From Octopus vulgaris (taxonomy: Eukaryota): a stretch of DNA of 64,000 nucleotides. A program made the translations under genes and the position numbers. Location of the stretch: positions 36,642,001 through 36,706,000 of the forward strand of contig OX597840.1 of NCBI GenBank assembly GCA_951406725.2, in the 5' to 3' direction. The notes beneath the pieces are model-generated. The model was not told where the DNA came from and did no database searches. It worked only from the letters and a program-made list of their open reading frames with translations. Shown here one piece after another: positions 56,068-64,000 of the stretch. The stretch's first letter is position 1. Every line of letters begins with the position of its first letter.

Positions 56068-57258
56068 ATATATGATATATATATATGAAATATATATATA
56101 TATATATACTATATATATATAAACATATATACATATTTATATGTACATACGTACATCTACGCGTATATATATATATATATATGCACTTGTGGGTACAGGT
56201 CGTTATGAAAACGTGTTCAAGAAAAGAAACGAAGTACGACTACATGGAACATGAACTATTCTTTCGAACAACGAAAGACAGAAATGGAAGACAAAACAAC
56301 ATAAAGAACGACCCTTCATCAGGTGTTGGCTGTTTTTATAGTCTCGTATTTCGAGCATTTAACAACAATACACGCTTTATATATATATATATCCCCTTTT
56401 TGCATATGTATTTGCATGGCTTATTTTTATACTATTACACCTACTTATATCAGTACACACTTTTCTTGTTTATTAATATTTATGTCTATATATTATCATT
56501 TATCCTGCTTCTAATTCCTTACTTTCAATCAATAGACAGTATGTATCCTTTTCCAGATAAATTCCTTATGTAAGTGGTTTGAGTGGTCTTTATACTGGCC
56601 ACCTAATAATTAATTAAGTAAAGATGAGGTATTAAGTTGATTCTACATAATAGTAATCTCCTTTTAATGTTTACATTGATCTATAAATCCCTTTTACCTT
56701 ATTTCGTTATGATATCACTTTGTAGAATTTAAAAAAAATTGTTTTTATATTTATACAACATAATAAAATGTTGTTTATAAACGTTATTTCTCTGAGCCCT
56801 TACTGTTTTCCTGGATCTCATTGTAATATCCAAAGTTTCATAGTATTTGCCCCTTTATTTGATAATAACATCATGAATTAATGTCGACCTTACCCAACCT
56901 CTTTTATAGACATTTACTATTAACTAATTGACTCTTTCTAAAGTTTTTTTCTCTTTTTCTTGCGGGTTGGGGAATACTTGTGATTCTGCGAAATTTATGA
57001 CCAGCAGCCAGCTCTGAGCTGTCAACTCTGCTCTTTATTCTAAATATACGCATTCTTCTAGTCTTAGATTTTTGTTGATGATAAGGAGATACATAAATTG
57101 GAAATGAATTACAAAACTATGACCTCCAATGTGTTCCATTCCACTCTAAAAATTCTAGTCTTGTTCTTCTCTTAGATATTCTTGCTACAATAGCGACAAA
57201 TTCTACCATTCTCTTGCTCTGTTAAAATATTTAAGAAAAATCTGAAAATCCATATTTG

Positions 57259-57344
57259 TGCAGCTGAAGATAGTGCTAAATTTAAATTGATGCAATGATT
57301 ACATTGTTCAATTAAATAGAGCCACTTGAAACGGTCGTACTGCA
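57259..57344 (+). ncRNA. Type I hammerhead ribozyme with very long stem II
   Basis: tgcag CTGAAGA t-agtg...aattga-tgcaatg-atta-cattgt-tcaatt...cact-t GAAA cggtcg TA ctgca; perfect 5-bp stem I, GUA triplet. Confidence 0.75.
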
Positions 57345-58309
57345 TTACAACTTGACATACGGTTACTTATCTTGATTTTATTTACCTTACTTGGTAAATA
57401 AAGTACCAGACTGACTTGATACTTCAATTTAAGTACCTAATTCAACTGAATCTTAATTGCATATATACATATGTGGATGCATCATATTTATATGTAGGCG
57501 TTTACATATATATAAATATCTGTACAGAAACATACAATAATATAAGTGAATACATACATACATATACACACATGCACACGCGTATATAAATACAAATATG
57601 AACTTTTATGTGACCTAACATTCATATATACACATATGTACACAGAGAGAGACTTGCACAAGCGTGTGCATGAAATGATAATTTGGCCGGTAACTGTACC
57701 TGATCTTCTCACCAGCCTTTTATGAAGAAGTGTTTCTTAAACAGCTGCTCCTACTTTAATAAAACATACAAAAAGTCAAATTTAAAATCCTGAACCAGTG
57801 TCACCTACCTACAGCTAATTACACAGTTCATATTGTCTGTTTCATACCATTTTATTTTCGTATCTTAAATCTAACAAAAGAAAACAAAGTTTAGTTTTAA
57901 TAAATACAGAATTCGCCGTTAACCACCTTTCAATCATAATTGTTGCTTGAAAAACTTTCTATGAATCTAACAAGTTGTTCATAAAGAAGCAAAAATCTCA
58001 AAAGTTTTATACCTGTAATACAGCTTTGGATTAATTAACTGTGAGGTGTAAGCCACCGAGTGAAAACGTCGCAATGGTGGAAGTAAATTTTAACGGTGAT
58101 AGTTCAGCCATATTTCTTCCAGTGGCACAGAACAGAGTATCGTAGACAGATTATCCTGTTTGGATTTTGGATGAAAGTGTTATCGCATTCAGAACATCCT
58201 TAAAAATATAAACTGCGCATTAATGAAAGTAAAACCTGGGGATCATGTAATCTAGGGGGAAAAAGTCATTATCATGAATGATAATGAATTTATTGACTGT
58301 TGCGGTTAC

Positions 58310-58985
58310 AGAGTACTATGCCATGATCGGACAGGAGGGTCTTTCCACTGTGATGTTGCAGATAGTGTTAGCATGATTGCTTATCACTAGATCCAAGACA
58401 CTTTGGTTGTTTCTGGTTGGTTCATGGACGAGTTGTGAGAAGAAATAATTATCCATAAATTTGAAAAGTAACTCCACTGTCTGAACTTGAGGTGAAGGTT
58501 CTTGTCCCAACAATATCAGTGGACCAGTCTACAGAGGGCAGGTTAAAGTCGCCCATCATCAGAATCTTTCCTGGGTTACATTGCAGGAGAAAAGATTTGA
58601 TCTTCTCGAAGCACTCTTGAAAATAGTGTAGGAGTGCTTGTGGGGGTCTGTAGAGTCCAATGACAGACATGTCTTTACCCTTGTTGTGTAGAGACTGATT
58701 TGCAGTAACCATTGGAGAAAAGGTCCTTGGCATCAGTGCTAAAAGAATCGTGGAAGAAAACAGCAACTCCACCCTTTCTTCGGCCTTGCCCAATCAGCGC
58801 GAATGGCAGTGAAGTCTCAGATTTTCAGATCAGCCTCTAAATGAAGGTCATTTAGGTGGGCCTCAAGACAAAGAAAGGGTTTGGATGTGAGTGTGCTGAA
58901 ATCCATCCCTCAGTGTAGGGCATTTTCCGTTTTTGAGTCTTGATGGCTGGGTTGATACCTTGGGCATTAAGGAAGAATGTTGTTG
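58310..58985 (-). mobile_element. CR1-group LINE endonuclease remnant
   Basis: FFLNAQGI, VIGLYRPP, MMGDFNLP, QLVHEPTR..VLDLVISN across frameshifts. Confidence 0.85.
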
Positions 58986-59415
58986 CTAAGGTAACAACTT
59001 CGTTGCGTTTCTTCAGGATCTGCACATCATGTTTGTTGTTGTTGTTGTTGTTGCTGTTGTTTGCCCATCCCTGGGGAAGTGACTCACCTCAAATACTTAA
59101 TAAGTAGCAAGTAGTGAGTTACGCCTTTTCCCAGCAGATGCACATGCGTTAGTTGACATCATTCCACTACAAAGAAACTAAGAATACGACTGTGAAAGTG
59201 TTGAGTGCTGCATTCAATTTCTGGTGAATTTTCGTTTAGAAAAAATACAAAACAAAAAAAAAAACTGTCTGGTATCCCAGAGATGCTGTATGTTTCAAAT
59301 GCCGTCGAGGCATTTGAAACATAATGATGGACGAAATACCGTTAAGCATTTTTGCGTGACGAGCTGACGATTTCGCCAGTTCACTGCTTTATACGCAAAT
59401 ATAAATATGGGAGTA

Positions 59416-59469
<54 letters not shown>

Positions 59470-59572
59470 GGTTGGTCATTTCTGTCTTGAATTTTACTCG
59501 AAGGAAACACAAGTATTTTTGTTGGAGTGAGACGCACGTACACACAAACACACACAGGCACACACGTGTATG

Positions 59573-59667
<95 letters not shown>

Positions 59668-60110
59668 CATCTTATCGAAATAATTGATTAGTTTTGCAAA
59701 ACCTTATCTTCACAACTTCAGAAGTAACGGAGGGTGGGGTGGAGGTAAGACTTGTAACGTCTATGTGAAGGTGTGTGGGTGTGTGCGTGTGTCTGTGTGT
59801 GCGCATGCGGTAGTGTTTATCATGTATGTGTGTGTTTGCGATTGAATGTGTTTGATAAATGGCCTCTAAAAATGGGGAAGCAAATAGAAAACAGCATTGT
59901 GGTACGAATGGAGGTGGTTATGTTGTTGTTGTTGTTGAGGTGACAGCAGGGTGCGTTATTGTGTTGGTGCTAGTTGTGGTCATTATAGTAGTAGTAGTAG
60001 TAGTGGTGGTAGTTGTTGCTGAGGTGACAGTCGTCTTTCGTTGATGATTGTTGTCAAGTGACAACGTAACAATTCCGTTGTGGTTGAGGTGATAGTACTT
60101 GTGGTGGGAA

Positions 60111-60333
60111 ATATATTAAAAATGGGGAAGGCCGTTTTATGAGACTACCCAAAGTTTCCCGTCCGAAAAGGTTTTAGCGTTATGGCGTATCGTCAGTTCC
60201 CCAAAACATGTTGGCCCATAACTTTAAGTGGTCAAGGGCCAGCAAGTTTTGGGGATCTGACTAAAGCTAAACATTTTATGCGCGGGAAACCTAAGAGAAT
60301 CCCATAAACCCAACCTTCCCCAGTTTTAATATA
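60111..60333. mobile_element. Fold-back MITE with TA flanks
   Basis: TIR atattaaaaatggggaagg / ccttccccagttttaatat; inner pair ccccaaaacatgttggccc / gggccagcaagttttgggg. Confidence 0.78.
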
Positions 60334-60409
60334 TTCTGCTCTACATCTTGAACTGTGTTTCTTCGGATTTATGTTTTTTACAAACGATTATATATATATA
60401 TATACACGT

Positions 60410-60643
60410 ATCTATCTGTCAATCTATCTCTATCTGTCTGTCTGTCTGTCTACCTGTCTATCTATCTACCTGTCTATCTATCTATCTATCTATCTATCTA
60501 CCTACCTACCTACCTACCAGTCTATCTATCTATCTATCTATCTACCTACCATCTATCTATCTATCTATCTATCTATCTACCTACCAGTCTATCTATCTAT
60601 CTATCTACCTACCAGTCTATCTATCTATCTATCTACCTACCAG

Positions 60644-60679
<36 letters not shown>

Positions 60680-60743
60680 CCTACCAGTCTATCTATCTAT
60701 CTATCTACCTACCAGTCTATCTATCTATCTATCTACCTACCAG

Positions 60744-60775
<32 letters not shown>

Positions 60776-60883
60776 CCTACCTACCAGTCTATCTATCTAT
60801 CTACCTACCTACCAGTCTATCTATCTATCTACCTACCTACCAGTCTATCTATCTATCTATCTATCTACCTACCTACCAGTCTA

Positions 60884-60982
<99 letters not shown>

Positions 60983-60990
60983 GTCTGTCT
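60410..60990. repeat. (TCTA/CCTA/TCTG)n with higher-order accagt units
   Basis: accagt(ctat)n unit repeated about 10 times. Confidence 0.9.
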
Positions 60991-61254
60991 GTGTTCGCAT
61001 CTGTAGTTACTTCCATAGCAAGGTTTCAAGTTGTCATACGGAAATGTGGACACAGCGATTCTCGGCTGACTTTATTCTTAGTTGGTGAAACAAATGTTAA
61101 TCCTCTAAATATATAAATACTACGCTCTGCTAGAGTTTCTCTCAGAGAATGTTTGACACTTTGGAGGCTTACAGGAAAAAATCGCAAGAAGCGGTGTACA
61201 ATCACGCGCACTTTACATCACACACACACACACACACACAGGTATAAATGTGTG

Positions 61255-61297
<43 letters not shown>

Positions 61298-61302
<5 letters not shown>

Positions 61303-61460
61303 CTCTTATAAATTTGAGTGATGTTTCTCTGTCCGTTACGTTTTATATTCATTAACTCCTCCTAGGCCGCTGGTGCAAGGACAACGAAACTCAAACCAGC
61401 AACTCCTCTAATCCCATGGAATGTCCTAGGGGCTCAATTCTTTTAGGGGCCGCCTAATTA
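61298..61460. mobile_element. HINE-like fragment, opposite orientation to 41929-42410
   Basis: atctcctcttataa...ctgtccg...aactcctcctag shares aactcctccta with the reverse of about 42345-42355. Confidence 0.4.
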
Positions 61461-61508
61461 ACCATCATTTTTATTGCATTTTAAACTAAATACATAGCAT
61501 TTCCCCAA

Positions 61509-61555
61509 GACACCTGATGAAGGCTGGAAGGGTGTATTAGCCGAAACGTTGTGTT
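61509..61555 (+). ncRNA. Minimal PLE-type hammerhead ribozyme
   Basis: gacac CTGATGA a-ggctgg...ttagcc GAAA cg TT gtgtt; followed by a tail with (tgtaaataa) repeats to about 61640. Confidence 0.75.
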
Positions 61556-61911
61556 AACAACAAACAAGATGAGGACAAATATCGTCAAATGTAAATAATG
61601 TAAATAATGTACACAATACCTCATCTCTTAAATATAGAACTTTCATATGTATTCGCACAGACACACACACACACACACACGTGCGCGCATACATATAACA
61701 CACGCTCAGATAAGCGTTCCACCCAGGCCTTCCCTACCGTCTATCGTCTCTCTATCACTAATACCTCCACCATTTTCCCCACTGCGTTATTCTCCTTCTG
61801 CCGTGTGATAACTACATACTTCGCCATTTTTTTCTTTTCTCTGCGATACCAGTCATTCTTCCCACTCTCCGGAACGACTTCACTTAATAATATTCATCCA
61901 TCATTCTCATA

Positions 61912-62129
61912 CTCATTTACTTGTTTCAGTCATTTGACTGCGGCCATGCTGGAGCACCGCCTTTAATCGAGCAACTCGACCCCGGGACTTATTCTTTTGT
62001 AAGCCCAGTACTTATTCTATCGGTCTCTTTTGCCGAACCGCTAAGTAACGGGGACACAAACACACCAGCATCGGTTGTCAAGCAATGCTAGGGGGACAAA
62101 CACGGACACACAAACACACACACACACGC

Positions 62130-62178
<49 letters not shown>

Positions 62179-62324
62179 CATATATACGACAGGCTTCTTT
62201 CAGTTTCCGTCTATCAAATCCACTCACAAGGCTTTGGTTGGCCTGAGGCTATAGTAGAAGGCACTTGCCCAAGGTGCCACGCAGTGGGACTGAACCCAGA
62301 ACCATGTGGTTCGTAAGCAAGCTT
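61912..62324 (-). mobile_element. SINE family A, near full length, young
   Basis: Reverse complement of 35031-35448. Confidence 0.92.
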
Positions 62325-62331
62325 CCTCTTC

Positions 62332-62550
62332 TTAAGGTTGCCGAACTCATAGAGTCGTTATTGCGCCGGAAAAAATGCATTGTGACATTTCTTACGACTT
62401 TACGTTCTGAGTTCAAATTCCGCCGAGGTCGACATAGCCCTTCAGCCCGCCGAGATCAATAAAATAAGTACCAGCTGGGATCGATGGAATCGAATTATCC
62501 CCTCCTACAAAACTGATATCCTTGTGTCAAACTTTGAAACCAATATTATC
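62332..62550 (+). mobile_element. SINE family B, diverged
   Basis: tacgttctgagttcaaattccgccgaggtcgac...aaataagtaccag. Confidence 0.75.
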
Positions 62551-63279
62551 CCTCTCCGTTCCCACTTAAGATTGATCACTCTTATCAGTCTTTCTTCACC
62601 ACCACTCACCTCTCATTCCCTCCATGTACCACATCTGTCTCTCCGCTCACACTCTTGCAACCTACTACTACTACTACTACTACACATACACACACACACT
62701 TCCTCTCCCTTTCCCTCTCTTATCTTTTCTCTCTCTACTGTATTATCATACGATTCTGTTACTTATTTACCTTCTTTTGGACTATCACTCATCCCCTGCT
62801 ATCCCCTACCTTTCCAAACTCATATATATCATCGAACACCCTTCTACCCCGATCTCAAATTCCCTACGACCACGCCTCAATTTCATTCAATCTTTAAATT
62901 CATCACCTGTTTTCCCTCCAAAATATATCTAACATCGATCTTACCCACAACCCTCGTTCTTAGTTCAATATATTCGCCCCTTACTTTCTCTCTCCCCAAC
63001 CTTTATCCATCCTCACTTCATGTTCTGCTGCTTCCATTCCCTTCTAATCATCTTCTTGTAACTTCAGGATCGTCCTTGGCATTTTATCGCCATAATTGTA
63101 TCCATTTTCCAGCTCCATCTCTTCACTCCCATCTACTCTTCAATAATGCGAGTGTCCAAGGAACTTCTCCACGGCAAAGAAACCTGTTCTGGCCCCTTCT
63201 CTCACACATAAACCTTTCACTCCGTGACCCCACTCAGTCAAAAGGGGTCTTAATCTCGGCAGCTGCTTGTACTCAGAGC

Positions 63280-63450
63280 TCACTGTAAAGTGGTTGGCAT
63301 CAAAAAATGCATCCAAGCAGAGAAACCATACCAAAGCCGGGACTGGAACTCGACGCACTCCTTTGAGCCCCTCGGCCCTGTCAAACCGTCCAACCCATGC
63401 CAGCTGGGAAGATGGACGTTAAACGAAGATGATAATCATGATAATGACAC
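63280..63450 (+). mobile_element. 3' part of a SINE with RTE-type tail
   Basis: ggttggcatc...gcatcc...gtcaaaccgtccaacccatgccagc...ggacgttaaacg + (gat)n-like tail. Confidence 0.55.
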
Positions 63451-64000
63451 GTGTTTATCTGGATGTATTTCTATTAATAGCAAACTTAATTAAAGAAAGG
63501 TATTATTTTAATCTTCTAGCCAGACATTTCACCATCGCTTTCATTATCGTCGTCATCATCATCATCATCGTTGTTGTTGTCATCATTAGTTAATATTTCT
63601 TTATCGCGTTCATTATTCGCCTCACACTCCCTCCGCCTTCCCCTCTCTTCCCTTTTGTTGTAATCCCGTAAGAAGGGATTAATATGAGTGAGGGTAGGCG
63701 TTTGTTTCCAGTCGTCACATCATCCTCATTGTTACCGTGACTTCATCATCATCATCATCATCATCACCCCCACCATCATCAATTTCATCAGAACCATCAT
63801 CATTCCCATCCACATCATTCTACTCCTCCACCCCTCATGGTCATCATCATCACCGTTGTAACTACCACAACTCCACCAGCACCAGCAACAGCAGCAGCAG
63901 TAGCTTCACCACAACTACTACCACAGGCGCGATTACCATCATCATCATCATCATCATCACCATCATCACGTGTTTGTCTGTAATAGTGATCTTGCTTGAT

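Noticed and set aside
62524-63288. 254-aa ORF
   Set aside because: Non-ATG start inside a SINE tail; pyrimidine-rich low-complexity sequence with no recognisable domain

Overview
This is eukaryotic, AT-rich, microsatellite-saturated non-coding DNA. The SINE families look like those of octopus (coleoid cephalopod), so it is most likely an intronic or intergenic region; the organism call is inference. No host gene can be supported with confidence, and most ORFs in the track are artefacts of (TA)n/(CA)n/(TATC)n repeats. The real coding remnants are all transposon-derived: a nearly complete but disabled CR1-group LINE ORF2 (24.2-27.4 kb) plus three fragments, three R4/Dong-like RLE-LINE remnants beside (TAA)n or similar AT-rich tracts, two different Penelope-like (PLE) GIY-YIG remnants, RTE and Tx1-like fragments, and a mariner transposase end. 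Non-coding elements include many tRNA-derived SINEs, MITEs and Helentron-type (HINE) elements. The most striking signal is invisible in the ORF track: at least eight type I hammerhead-ribozyme cores (CUGANGA...GAAA-palindrome-UH) from about seven unrelated sequence families, plus several half-cores. Most sit in short islands between microsatellites, several have unusually long stem II hairpins, and some lie in long fold-back palindromes whose turning point falls inside a hammerhead. A second notable signal is the covarying 3' stem-loop shared by the CR1 LINEs and the dominant SINE.
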